Notes under the pieces: model-generated
The model's input: the letters and a program-made list of their open reading frames with translations, nothing else
Database searches by the model: none
What the model was told of the DNA's origin: nothing
Translations under genes and position numbers: made by a program
Virus record (IMG/VR): IMGVR_UViG_3300025598_000030
Location: 1-64,000 of that record
Length of the DNA stretch: 64,000 nucleotides
Reading direction: 5' to 3' (one strand)
Source: a virus
Shown: piece by piece, positions 29,201 through 39,515 of the stretch
Numbering within the stretch: position 1 is the stretch's first letter
Layout: each line of letters starts with the position of its first letter

Positions 29201-32200
29201 ATATCGATTCTCTTATTATATGTAATAGATACAACCTGTCCCTGTGTTGGGACAAAATTTAATATTAATTTCGATACTAATCTATGATATCCATTAATAA
29301 ATTGTTTAGTGGTAGCAATATTATATTGTGTTGCTAAGACTCTAGTTCCGATATCATTATTGCTTATTATTATAGAAATATTAGATTTTGCATTATCTGC
29401 CGGCCATGATAATGTAAATTCATATGTATTACCATCTGCAATAAATTGATCATAGACCGAAGTGTTTGATATCTCACTCGATGGCGTTATTCTATCAAAC
29501 TTCATTTCTAGAGAATTTTGTCTAACTTTAGTATTAGACATCCTAGCATATACCTTAGCTGGAATTAATGAAGTAGATCCCCCGCCTACTAATGTTATGG
29601 TAGGTGTTTTTGTATATCCACTTCCTGGATTAGTTATAATAACAGAAGTTACTTTTCCTAAAGAAATATATGCTTCACCGGTGGCTCCTAACCCCGTGTC
29701 ACCTATAGCAGGTATTATCTGTACTTGAGGAACAGCAGTATATCCACTTCCTGCAGAAACTACATATGCACTATCTACCGATAAAGTGTAATTATCATTC
29801 CAAGATTTCCAAGGATATTCAGTTAAGAGCTTAGGTATATCTAAGACGTTAACAAAAGAGGAGTTTTCATTATCGTAGTATGCCGGAAGATCAAAATCAG
29901 TTATATATGATTGAGAGTTGTCTAATATATCATAATTAATTTGATAATTTCTAACTTTACTGTGATACGGTTTAACCTCTTCTAAATATTCTTCATAATA
30001 TTCACTATTTTGGAATCTATAAACAGGACGCTGATCTAATGATCCAGCTAAATTTTTCACATTTAAGAATGCTGTTTTAAATGCCCAATCTAGGAATTTC
30101 TGTTCACTAAATGCATATTTTACTGCTTTAAAGAATGTGTAATTCCAATAAACCTTCAATGATCCTACAAATATATCATTTTTAATAGCATTTAAAACAT
30201 TAACTAATTCTGTTATAGGAGTTTGATCATATAATGTTTGATCATATGTAAAATAAGAATCATAATTATAGGTGCTATTTGCTATATTCCAGAGGTCGTC
30301 ACTGAGTTGTATTGTGGCATTTTCGCTTAATACTAAGTTGTATTGATCAGTAAAATCGCCTCCTGAACTAACTTTTTCTAAAATAATATATTTGCCGTTG
30401 CCTTGATTTGCAACCTTTACATAAGATCCATCAGCAACTGTGAGCGTATTCAATTGCCATATTTCGTCTACCGTAGCAGTTAATGATTTCAATTCATCAT
30501 AATCATTACTGCTCCAATCCACATAAGACCAATATTGTGTTGTATCATAATCTTGGGTATGCATTTTAACCCATTTATTATTAATTCGTTGATACTGAGC
30601 CCATAAGTTATCACTATTACTATCGGATGTTACTATTACGGTATATGGTCTTACGACTAATGTTGGAGAACTACTGAATCCTATACCTGCATTGACTATT
30701 GAAGTTGTAATAATATTTCCATTGCTATTAATAGTTGTCGTAATCGATGCGTTTCCTAATGTATCACCCGGTGCTGCGATTATTTCAACAGAAGGGCCAG
30801 CCCACGCTATCGGATTTCCGTAACTATCTAATTCAACCGGTAATAATGTTCCATAAGAAGTGCCAGAATTAACAATTTGAACGCTAGTTATTGATCCATC
30901 AGTTATTTGACAAGATAGAATTGCTGGTTCAATTCCGATCGTTACTAAATTAACCAACTCATCGTATGAATTAACAATTAAATCATAAGTTCTAGAATAT
31001 ACATCTGGGATTTCTTCCTTACTGTTTAAGTTAGTAAAATCCGCAATATCAGTGATGCGATATTGAGAGAAAATCCCATTAACATATTCGATAACATTAT
31101 GTAAAGCTTCTGTTCGATTAACAAACATGCTTTGTTTTGGTCTAAATTCTATACCATATTTTTGTCTATCACTAAGGGTAGGATCCGGAACAGGGTTTCC
31201 TAAACTATCATAACCAACTAAGCTATCGATTAACTTTCTATTAAGCATAGTTGTCGGCATATAATTTTCATCACCTTCACTCAATAATACCCATTCTGTA
31301 TGTTTGTTAATAGAATTATTAATACTATCAGATGCAATATTCAAATAAATGTTATTAGAATCAAGATCATTAGTTACATTAGTAATTGCAATAGAATTTT
31401 GTGATAATATAGATACAAATTTTGTACCATTACTAGCAGGATTATAAATCAAATTAGAAACATCGTTTGCAGATAATCTTCTATTTGAAACATTAGGAAC
31501 TATAACAGTATTTTTAACCCAATAAAAATACACATTAGTAGCTGCACCTGTATTAGAATCATAATATTGTTTTACACTTATAACACTATCATCAGGATAT
31601 TTCGGTTGTCCACTAATATTCTCAGCTAATCCGGCAGTTGTATCTGCTAAAGCACTCCATTGACTTGGCAGATATTCACTTTGTATCCATTCATATACAT
31701 CTATACTGCAACCTGGGAATAAATTTCCCCATGAATTCTTTCTGTATTCTAAATCACTTTGTTCATACCATACATACTTAACTGTAGATAAATCCCACCA
31801 TAATTCACCAACGTGTTCTTCTATCCAGCTAGTGTTTGTATCAACATTTACTCCTTGCACACCGATGCTATATGTTGCAGGATCAAATTCTGTTTTATAT
31901 TTGATTTCTTGATCAGCTAATCCTAAAATTTTGCCTTTTACAGGATCTACTATGTCTAGATAATCTAAAATTTTCGACGATTGACTATCTATTGTAATGG
32001 CTTTCTTGATCTTAGAAAGGTCTACCAAATCATCTTCTTGTCTTAAAATATTCCAAGTAGGTGAATTTTTAATAATTTCTGCAAATTGATAAAACGCCCC
32101 ATGATCAGGAGTTGCAGTAGGTGCTCCTACAAATACATTTCCGTTAGAAATTGCAACGCTAGACCCATAACTACTACCATTTAATAATGTTCCATTATCA

Positions 32201-35200
32201 AACAATTCTCTTGCAAATATGAATTTAGCATTTCTTCTTTCAAAAACATAAACCGAACCGGAATTAGAAATATCATCATAAAATTTAGTCGTATTATTAT
32301 CAAAAGTGGTTGTACCACCATCTATCATGGTATTCAAACGTTGAACACCGGTTGACGAAATATAAATTGTATTATTATCTTTTATATTAATAAAAGTTCC
32401 GAAGTTTAATCTTTGATTTTTCAAAGGATTATGTATCGTTTGTATTAATTGATACCCAGATGATGTATTATTATAAACATAAACTTTTCCAGGCCCATTG
32501 ATGTCATCACCTACAGATGCCGAGGATACAAACAAGTATTGACTGTCATCTGTTATTGCTATTGCCGATCCCCAATAATCTGTAATCGAAAGATCCGATG
32601 GCGGACTAATCGAATCGATTAAAGTAGTTCCGTTATAAATTCTTACACTAGAACTAGTATTATGAACTGTTGGCATAGAGATTGCAATAACAGAACCTGT
32701 TGCATCACCGGTAATTAGGTATTTGTCTGTACCAGTAGTAAGGTTAATGACATTATTTAGAGTCAATGTTCCATTTATACCAGTTGCAGTAGTTTCAACA
32801 TTTAAATTAAATGAATAAACTTTCGACTCTAACGGTGAAGTAACATATAATGTTTTATTTCCGTAAATATCAAATGATTTTGTAAGATAAATCTCATCAC
32901 CAAACGATGTAGTAGTTGTGTTTATATAATCAACTATAAACTGTCCGGTAACAAAATTAACCTGAACTAAGTTCGCATCAGGAGCACCCGAAATAATGAT
33001 ATTAAAATCAGGATCATATATTAAAGATTTACCAAGAGATGTTTGAGATGAACTTAATGTAGGATCATTTACTTCAAAAGTCCCAATTAATGCAGGTGTT
33101 TGATTATATAACCCATTATAAATGAATACTTTTCCATATCCAGTGCTAATATCATGATAATATGGCGCACTTACTGCTAAAATATCTGCATTAACTGCTG
33201 TAGCTAAACGATACCCGAAACGTTGGTCTATTGATTGTACCCCATTTACAAACGATATAGAAGGATTAAAATTATTATTCTTTTGGTAAACTGCCCATTT
33301 TGATTGTAAAGTTCCAGCATCGCCCATATCGGCCCATATTGTCTCTCCAAAATTTAAAAATAAATTATTTTGAAGATTATCAATATCGTCGAAGCTACTA
33401 ACTCTTACACTAATAAATTTAAATAATAATGCGTTTGTAGTCGACGGAGCTATTGAACTTAATGTAGTTTCTACCGCAAATGAAGTTAAATTAGGTATAC
33501 TAATTATTTCATAGACACCGTCGGTATTGTTATCTAATCCAATAATAGAAACGATATCACCTACTGATAAATTATGATAGACATCAGTTGTAAACACCAT
33601 CGAAGTGGCCGGGTTTAATATAGCTGAATTTATTACATTTGCTACTTGTTTTGTATAACGTCGAACATCCCAATCATGATTATCTGTAAATCCGATCCAG
33701 ATAGTATCCCCATCATTAAGACTAGTATTATTAGCAATATCAAATAAACTATTTTTATTATAAGCGGTAGCAGTAATATCATCTATTCTTACATAGCCTG
33801 CAGTAGGTAATAATAAATTGTTACTGTTATATGTACATGATGGTATTGTAGAAAATACTTGATTTGAAGAATAATCTGTCGGAATGATGCTTAGATCTGA
33901 TGGTAAAATATACGATATAGCATCATTATTTCCGATTATTGGTTGGTCAACAAATGTTATAATTTGACTATTTTCTTTAAAATCTGTTTCTCTTAATGGA
34001 AATTCTATCTCATTATATGTTGTATAATTACCGTAAGATCCGATTCTAAATGCCCATTCCTCATTGAATTGCAATTGCCCTTGTAGATTATGTATACTGG
34101 CTTTTGATAGTTTTTGTATAGCATTAGCTGTGCCTTTTTCTCTAATAAATCCTTGATAGAATTTATATTGAGCTATCGGGTCAACTATAATATTAGTTAG
34201 ATAATTTCTCGGAGTATAACCTATTAAATGTTGTGCAGCTTTTTGCTGTCCGGCATCGAAATTATCTATATCTAAACTATAGAAATCTTCAAATTGACTT
34301 ATTTTATAATCAAAATTCGGTAACAATGCAGCGACCGGTTTTGTTCCTAAAATATTCCATGAACTAGCATCAAAGGTTGCAACTCCCGATAGGCTAGTTT
34401 TAGCTGCATAATATTTTCCGGAATATTTAACAACATCAGCAGCTGAATAATCAGTAAAGGGTTGCCAGCTTGATATAATTGCTTCGTCATATACAAATCC
34501 CGGAACCAAGTAATCGCCATTCCAATCTCCAGTAATGAATCCAGAGATCTTCATTCTAGATTGTCTATATCCGGTTTCAATATCGTAAACAATGTCTCCG
34601 AATATAGTATTATTATTCAATATAATCGAATGTTCTTTTTGAACTAAATTCAATCTTGCAAAATATAACCCTTGGTTAGTATTCTGCGCTGTAATAGAAC
34701 AAATATTATCTTCTCTTGAAATATTAAATTTGTCATGTGGAAATGGTAACCCTGTAGCAGTTAATAAACTATATTCATAAAAACTATCGAGTACATTATC
34801 TACTACAGAATCAGTAAATTGGAATTGAATCTGATTAGAAAATGGACTAATAGTTATAACAGAACCATTACCCCATGATTGAGTAGTCCAATATAAAAAT
34901 TCTTTAGCACTAAAATTCCAATCAATCACTGAGCCTAAATCGGAATTATATTGATTAAATTGGAAACCTTGATTAATTAGGTATTGACCATATCCTAATA
35001 TAATATCATATATTTCTTGTATTGTATCAAATTTCGAACCATATGGTATTATTGTAACATTTTCATCAAAAGATTTAGTAGCTAATGCTGATGATCCGCC
35101 GACAATCGGTAATTGTGATATTTTAATATGATTGATAATATTAAAAGAGGAACCAGAATTTTCTGTTGCATTAACTGTATAAAATTGATTGTTATATTCA

Positions 35201-38200
35201 ACAATTTGTCCTGTTTGATAAAGAGTATTTTCTGTCCATGTTAAGAAAGGAACTGTTTTCCCTCCTACAGTAACCAATGTATCACTAGAGGTATGTATAG
35301 GCAATTGCACACTAAATCGTGGATTTTCTTTATCATAACCTTTAATTACAAATTGTGCATTATTTTTTTCTACAATAATACCAGAAATACTCACAGTCTT
35401 AACAGGATTACTAATTGTATAAAATAAAGTATAATCTTCTTCTGATAATGCAACTCCGGGACTAGCAGAATTAGGACTTACTGAATCGATTAATATTTCT
35501 AATTTATTTTTACTCAAAAACCCGCCGGCTTTATAGAATAGATTAAAATTTGCATATAATAAATCGTTTTTAAGACTGGTCAAATATCCTAAAGACTTCT
35601 TTTTTCCATTTTCCACTACAAGCATACTATAACCAGAAGTTAAAGTATTATTATCTGAAAAAATAGAAACAGAATTTAAATTTAAGAAACTATTTAAAGA
35701 ACCATAGCGATATTGACCTGTTGCATCTTTAGTCAACCTAGCAGGATCATACATTTTTGCAGCATAATCAGCAGGCTTTGATAAAGCACAAATTACTTGT
35801 GCTGCAAATGGCCAAAGACTGCTGCGTCTCCATGCAGTTTCGGCCGGACTGTAATCGCCAAATACCCAATCTTGTGTGCTATTATTAAAAAATCCTTCAT
35901 TAACAATACCACTCCAGTATCTAAGGTCGACAAGGTTGCCGTGTTCGTCTACCGGAATCGCATTGGTTAATCCTGGTCTAACATATACTTCGTCTACCCC
36001 TGCTCGATCTCCGTACCTTATCAACCCTGCCTCTAAATCTTGCCATAAATTTAAATTTCCAGACGTATAAGGAGCAGGTCCGTATTCTTCTTCCCACCAA
36101 GAAGGCATAATACTAAATCCCAACATCTCCCAAGGGCAGGTATCCGGGCGATCGGTATCAAAATAATACTTATAAATGCCTCTCCACCCGCCGGCCGGCA
36201 GCGGAGTCTCTGTAATATAATCGACATTTGATCCGTAATTATAAGTTTTGTAATTATCTACATCATAATCGAGATTTTCTATATAATTTATATTAAATGT
36301 AGAGGTCCATTTAATGAAGTCTGCTGAAACTAATTTATATATCTCTGAATATGTATAATCATTTGTTCTATATAATCCGGGAAGAATTTTATCAATGTTA
36401 ATTAATTCTCGATTATATTCAACCTTAATATTATTAAAAACTCTTAATTCGAATTCTAATAATATTAAATCTCTGAGATCATAATTTCCTTGATTAAAAT
36501 TATCGATAGTTGTATATGCAATAGTTAAACTGCCGTCATGCCCTTGTAATACTACTTGAGGTACAGAATATGAATAATCTATAAAAATATTTGGAATATA
36601 TTTCGGATATAATCCTAACTTTGTAGGAGTCGGAGGAACATAATTACCTATTGTAGATGTATAATCTTTAATTACTAAGACATCACCGACAGATAATGTA
36701 GCAGTTACTTCTACTGTTGAATATGTTTCATTAAATGTATAATCTCGACCGTATGCTAACGAACTATCATTCAAATATAATAAAACAGATCTATAAGAAA
36801 GATTATCTAACGAGTACCCAGAAGTTAATGGATATGTGGTATTTCTAACGTCAGTTATGGTATATTTTTGTGTAACAACATTATTTCCATAAGCGATCAT
36901 ATCACTTTGACTATATGGAAATGAAGAATTTTTACTTAAATTTATTTCAGATAATATCGAGTCTAATGCATCTGCAGGAGTTAAATTTATATCTGCATTG
37001 GTAGAAAATTTAATAAGATTTAATTTAAATTGATAATAATCATTTCCTACTGATCTAATTGCAGGGATTAATCCGTGCTCTATATTAGTAATAAATTCTT
37101 GAGAAAAGGATAGTGGATTATTACTTGTAATAATTCTAGATCCATATTTGCTTATATCGGGCAAACTTTTTAGATTACTAATACCTGGATAATTCCCAAC
37201 AAATCTAGGATCCTTATCGACCATTGTTTTAACATGATCGGAAATCTCACTAAATGTAAATTGCAAAATTTGTCCGTTTAGTGGATTATTAGTCAGGTTG
37301 ATCGGAGTTTCATATACCCCAGTATCATTAGGATCTGAAGAAGTATACAAGTTAATTAAAACATTTGTAGCAGTATTCACCGAATTATTCAGTTTGACAG
37401 ATAATTCAGTTTTGTCTTTCACTAATGTATATTGCGAATTTAGTAATTTTGCATTATTAACAAATACTTCTAAAGTTAAGTCATTAATTAATGCAGGATT
37501 ATCAAATGCTGTAACAGATATGCTATCACCACTGTTTATTGATTGAAATTGTTGTACAGGTATTTGATAAGACTCACCCTTAGTCCATATGTTAACAAAA
37601 TTAAACCCCAAATCGCCATTGTTAATTCTTAAGAATGTCTCCGATGTCGGAACATCTGTTACTGCTGTAGGAGATAATAATTTAATAATATCTGAATTAA
37701 AGTAATTTTGAAATAAGAATAATCCTTCTATTCCGACATCTTTATACAATAATGGAAATCCTAATATAGGATCATTTGTTCCTGTGCCGATTGCATAACC
37801 GAATAACTTATTTCCTGAAAAAATAGAATCATAATACGTTTTATCGCTATAACTATTCCCATTAGCATCATATAAATCAAACAACGGAGCTTGATTTAAA
37901 ACAGTACGTTGTTGAGCAGTGACCCATTCAGAACCATTAAACCACCATTCTATTGCTTTACCGGTAGTGCCGAAAAGCGTTACCATACTATTTCCGAAGA
38001 CTGGATCGATCTTTTTAACTAGATTAATTTTATAGACGCCGAAAATACTACTTAACGTAGCTTCGAATACTTTACCTCTTACTAACGGGTCAGTATCAGC
38101 ATTAAAAATTACTAATTGACCTGGTTGTAAAGGTAATCCATCAACAGTAGCCGATGTTGCGCTTTCTATAGTAGAAAATGCATCTTTTGTTACTTGATCA

Positions 38201-39501
38201 ATAACATCAACAGAGGGTATACTATTTGTACCGAAATTATAAAGTTGTAAATCAGGTCTAAATTCTATGATAGGATAGACAGCTCGTTGATTGATCGGAA
38301 ATGTTGGAATATTTCCATTAGCAGCGGCTGATTTACGAATAACATCACTATGGAACCAACGATTATATCGAGACCACGGATTGAGATCTCTACTTGATCG
38401 ATTAATAGTAATATATTCCGGAGTTAATGGAAGATTTTGAAAATTATCAAAAGGATAATCGTCAAATAAAGTTGTATCAAAGTTATCATCATATTGTGTT
38501 GAGACATTTTCAGGAGTTTGTAAAACAGAAAAATCTACCAATCTAATAGAATCCCCCACTCCTTCAACAATATAATCTTTACCTAAATAAGATTCAGGAA
38601 TTACATTTCCAGCAAAATTAATTTTTAATCCATTAATTAATTCTATTCCATTAGCAGTAGTGTAAGTTGCTTTACCGATAATATCTGCATTGATATCTAA
38701 ATAAGAATTTTCTGTAATATTTCTAACTAAGATATTTCCCGGCACAACAGTCGTATCATCAGATGCATAATAAAGAATTCCGGGCAAAGTATCAACTACT
38801 GTAAAAATAATCTGCCCATTGCTAACACCGTTGCCGGTTAATGAACCGCCCGAGCCTGGTTCATTATTTGTTTTAATATAGAATGTATGTTTAGAATTAA
38901 TATTAAGAACGTAAGTTACGCCTTTATAAAATGTTAGAACTGGATCTTCAGTTAGCCCATCTGGCGTGAATACAAAATAACTTCCATCCGCAGAATCTGT
39001 TACTGTATACGTGCTAACGGTATTTCGTTGTTGGCCAGTTATGGTAACTGCATCAGGACCCATCGGTAACCAGTAGTATTCTCTAAAATTAACAAACTTA
39101 TCCCAATCAATATGTGGATAATATGAATTAACATCAGGTGAAAACAACTTATTAAAATTACTTGTATTAGCACCATAGAAAGATAATTGATTTACTAAAT
39201 CATCTATACCAAAAACATTTTTAATATTTCCTAGAGAATCTTGATTGATCAATGCTGGTTCAAATTGATATTTGTTTCTTAGTTCATTGCTACTAATATT
39301 AGAATTATTAACATAAACATCAGTTAATGAATTGTATGTCGGGCTTAATTTGCTACCTACAAATCCGTTAAATCTTGTTAAAGATGGAACCGAATAGAGA
39401 GGATCAAGTGCTCCGGATAAAAATTTAGTATTTTTATTGGTTTGAAAATAAGAAGGAAGTAAATTTACTGATTTTCTACGGTTTTTATTTGAATTACTCA
39501 T
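26203..39501 (-). CDS. Giant (4432 aa) baseplate-wedge-associated structural protein
   Basis: Uninterrupted 13.3-kb ORF downstream of gp6-like gene; beta-propeller-like repeats (GKVFIY, GKVYVY, GSVYVF), GSGYT..P repeats, Ig-like segments. Confidence 0.75.
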   Translation of the reverse strand: MSNSNKNRRKSVNLLPSYFQTNKNTKFLSGALDPLYSVPSLTRFNGFVGSKLSPTYNSLTDVYVNNSNISSNELRNKYQFEPALINQDSLGNIKNVFGIDDLVNQLSFYGANTSNFNKLFSPDVNSYYPHIDWDKFVNFREYYWLPMGPDAVTITGQQRNTVSTYTVTDSADGSYFVFTPDGLTEDPVLTFYKGVTYVLNINSKHTFYIKTNNEPGSGGSLTGNGVSNGQIIFTVVDTLPGILYYASDDTTVVPGNILVRNITENSYLDINADIIGKATYTTANGIELINGLKINFAGNVIPESYLGKDYIVEGVGDSIRLVDFSVLQTPENVSTQYDDNFDTTLFDDYPFDNFQNLPLTPEYITINRSSRDLNPWSRYNRWFHSDVIRKSAAANGNIPTFPINQRAVYPIIEFRPDLQLYNFGTNSIPSVDVIDQVTKDAFSTIESATSATVDGLPLQPGQLVIFNADTDPLVRGKVFEATLSSIFGVYKINLVKKIDPVFGNSMVTLFGTTGKAIEWWFNGSEWVTAQQRTVLNQAPLFDLYDANGNSYSDKTYYDSIFSGNKLFGYAIGTGTNDPILGFPLLYKDVGIEGLFLFQNYFNSDIIKLLSPTAVTDVPTSETFLRINNGDLGFNFVNIWTKGESYQIPVQQFQSINSGDSISVTAFDNPALINDLTLEVFVNNAKLLNSQYTLVKDKTELSVKLNNSVNTATNVLINLYTSSDPNDTGVYETPINLTNNPLNGQILQFTFSEISDHVKTMVDKDPRFVGNYPGISNLKSLPDISKYGSRIITSNNPLSFSQEFITNIEHGLIPAIRSVGNDYYQFKLNLIKFSTNADINLTPADALDSILSEINLSKNSSFPYSQSDMIAYGNNVVTQKYTITDVRNTTYPLTSGYSLDNLSYRSVLLYLNDSSLAYGRDYTFNETYSTVEVTATLSVGDVLVIKDYTSTIGNYVPPTPTKLGLYPKYIPNIFIDYSYSVPQVVLQGHDGSLTIAYTTIDNFNQGNYDLRDLILLEFELRVFNNIKVEYNRELINIDKILPGLYRTNDYTYSEIYKLVSADFIKWTSTFNINYIENLDYDVDNYKTYNYGSNVDYITETPLPAGGWRGIYKYYFDTDRPDTCPWEMLGFSIMPSWWEEEYGPAPYTSGNLNLWQDLEAGLIRYGDRAGVDEVYVRPGLTNAIPVDEHGNLVDLRYWSGIVNEGFFNNSTQDWVFGDYSPAETAWRRSSLWPFAAQVICALSKPADYAAKMYDPARLTKDATGQYRYGSLNSFLNLNSVSIFSDNNTLTSGYSMLVVENGKKKSLGYLTSLKNDLLYANFNLFYKAGGFLSKNKLEILIDSVSPNSASPGVALSEEDYTLFYTISNPVKTVSISGIIVEKNNAQFVIKGYDKENPRFSVQLPIHTSSDTLVTVGGKTVPFLTWTENTLYQTGQIVEYNNQFYTVNATENSGSSFNIINHIKISQLPIVGGSSALATKSFDENVTIIPYGSKFDTIQEIYDIILGYGQYLINQGFQFNQYNSDLGSVIDWNFSAKEFLYWTTQSWGNGSVITISPFSNQIQFQFTDSVVDNVLDSFYEYSLLTATGLPFPHDKFNISREDNICSITAQNTNQGLYFARLNLVQKEHSIILNNNTIFGDIVYDIETGYRQSRMKISGFITGDWNGDYLVPGFVYDEAIISSWQPFTDYSAADVVKYSGKYYAAKTSLSGVATFDASSWNILGTKPVAALLPNFDYKISQFEDFYSLDIDNFDAGQQKAAQHLIGYTPRNYLTNIIVDPIAQYKFYQGFIREKGTANAIQKLSKASIHNLQGQLQFNEEWAFRIGSYGNYTTYNEIEFPLRETDFKENSQIITFVDQPIIGNNDAISYILPSDLSIIPTDYSSNQVFSTIPSCTYNSNNLLLPTAGYVRIDDITATAYNKNSLFDIANNTSLNDGDTIWIGFTDNHDWDVRRYTKQVANVINSAILNPATSMVFTTDVYHNLSVGDIVSIIGLDNNTDGVYEIISIPNLTSFAVETTLSSIAPSTTNALLFKFISVRVSSFDDIDNLQNNLFLNFGETIWADMGDAGTLQSKWAVYQKNNNFNPSISFVNGVQSIDQRFGYRLATAVNADILAVSAPYYHDISTGYGKVFIYNGLYNQTPALIGTFEVNDPTLSSSQTSLGKSLIYDPDFNIIISGAPDANLVQVNFVTGQFIVDYINTTTTSFGDEIYLTKSFDIYGNKTLYVTSPLESKVYSFNLNVETTATGINGTLTLNNVINLTTGTDKYLITGDATGSVIAISMPTVHNTSSSVRIYNGTTLIDSISPPSDLSITDYWGSAIAITDDSQYLFVSSASVGDDINGPGKVYVYNNTSSGYQLIQTIHNPLKNQRLNFGTFINIKDNNTIYISSTGVQRLNTMIDGGTTTFDNNTTKFYDDISNSGSVYVFERRNAKFIFARELFDNGTLLNGSSYGSSVAISNGNVFVGAPTATPDHGAFYQFAEIIKNSPTWNILRQEDDLVDLSKIKKAITIDSQSSKILDYLDIVDPVKGKILGLADQEIKYKTEFDPATYSIGVQGVNVDTNTSWIEEHVGELWWDLSTVKYVWYEQSDLEYRKNSWGNLFPGCSIDVYEWIQSEYLPSQWSALADTTAGLAENISGQPKYPDDSVISVKQYYDSNTGAATNVYFYWVKNTVIVPNVSNRRLSANDVSNLIYNPASNGTKFVSILSQNSIAITNVTNDLDSNNIYLNIASDSINNSINKHTEWVLLSEGDENYMPTTMLNRKLIDSLVGYDSLGNPVPDPTLSDRQKYGIEFRPKQSMFVNRTEALHNVIEYVNGIFSQYRITDIADFTNLNSKEEIPDVYSRTYDLIVNSYDELVNLVTIGIEPAILSCQITDGSITSVQIVNSGTSYGTLLPVELDSYGNPIAWAGPSVEIIAAPGDTLGNASITTTINSNGNIITTSIVNAGIGFSSSPTLVVRPYTVIVTSDSNSDNLWAQYQRINNKWVKMHTQDYDTTQYWSYVDWSSNDYDELKSLTATVDEIWQLNTLTVADGSYVKVANQGNGKYIILEKVSSGGDFTDQYNLVLSENATIQLSDDLWNIANSTYNYDSYFTYDQTLYDQTPITELVNVLNAIKNDIFVGSLKVYWNYTFFKAVKYAFSEQKFLDWAFKTAFLNVKNLAGSLDQRPVYRFQNSEYYEEYLEEVKPYHSKVRNYQINYDILDNSQSYITDFDLPAYYDNENSSFVNVLDIPKLLTEYPWKSWNDNYTLSVDSAYVVSAGSGYTAVPQVQIIPAIGDTGLGATGEAYISLGKVTSVIITNPGSGYTKTPTITLVGGGSTSLIPAKVYARMSNTKVRQNSLEMKFDRITPSSEISNTSVYDQFIADGNTYEFTLSWPADNAKSNISIIISNNDIGTRVLATQYNIATTKQFINGYHRLVSKLILNFVPTQGQVVSITYNKRIDIFSAVDRVNYYYDPTIGMPGNDVSQLMSGIDPSIPQIQGLTFDYTTNWDMTPYGNSLYGDDSSYYTTATVVATAITGTNTLFVNTIQGISPGLRVNTVALSTATANDNKFGSSTVLVTSVTNSYTIGFSLNIPTNSYNQSNADTNAITVSISNSNEAAAIAANPSNYEIIFNGGVIAAVGGISGPAPNTSVYTITGTWPSNSTAFPITLQYINYAVYSAVIFDTPIIETITPGTTLLEFWDYNLTPGVLDTILDGGDLGYTTAFGINPEDIIVDGDQFISPYISNSPEEMIKGQMYESVGISVYTRTHTGSPLVSHSINQIIQTSTTTVFNLPMMPPNVDSAMVVFNNEVLSYGYDYNLNFDNDTIIINTQTSTGTVGITIVGIGGVDLITNDFVTESNVTTISAHVGFAEEIGSIYATLNGIQLTPTQYTISSGRLIVSGLPIGDYTLQTWSFSSTHNQFSDVTEEYFVGDGITSSYQLTVYPGNLGPANAQAIVEIDTKRLISPTTVYYSVAGGQTVFLIDPNDTYPSGTFDSSEVEIYVNGIKIRNGIDFYVDQPNNTVVFYNGFLQTGDAMAITNHTFSDYYFNNGYIYIKPSANYGVGNVLKVISFTDGDNSLIRTDTFISRPSNRYTLSRPALSDQYIWVTIENNALVNGLDFSLDSTGQILSIRDTYPYTQGQTISVLSMTNAYLNKGSVGYRVFTDILGRSQFKRLSRGNTTQLAEPLYSTSTTIVVEDADVLTEPDLVRKIPGAILINGEWIEYLTVNNNVLSNLRRSSLGTGANSVYPAGTSVIDQGISQNAPYKETTIKQILTVTNTASYLINGISLTTSTLNDQFTVLYAGNLLNKLSYYKQDISVGYDPYPFNIIGSTSTASTATFSTSVNLYDSYLVTTTNQVWVYLNSNNINSINGFMYTGINYIQPDYVINNLTSYGTTATAVLNLNLTGLITGTHITVLQKVATNNMYASTNTSILTDNGLFAVFLRDAPATIPDKYYYGQI

Positions 39502-39515
39502 TATAAAGTTGGTCC

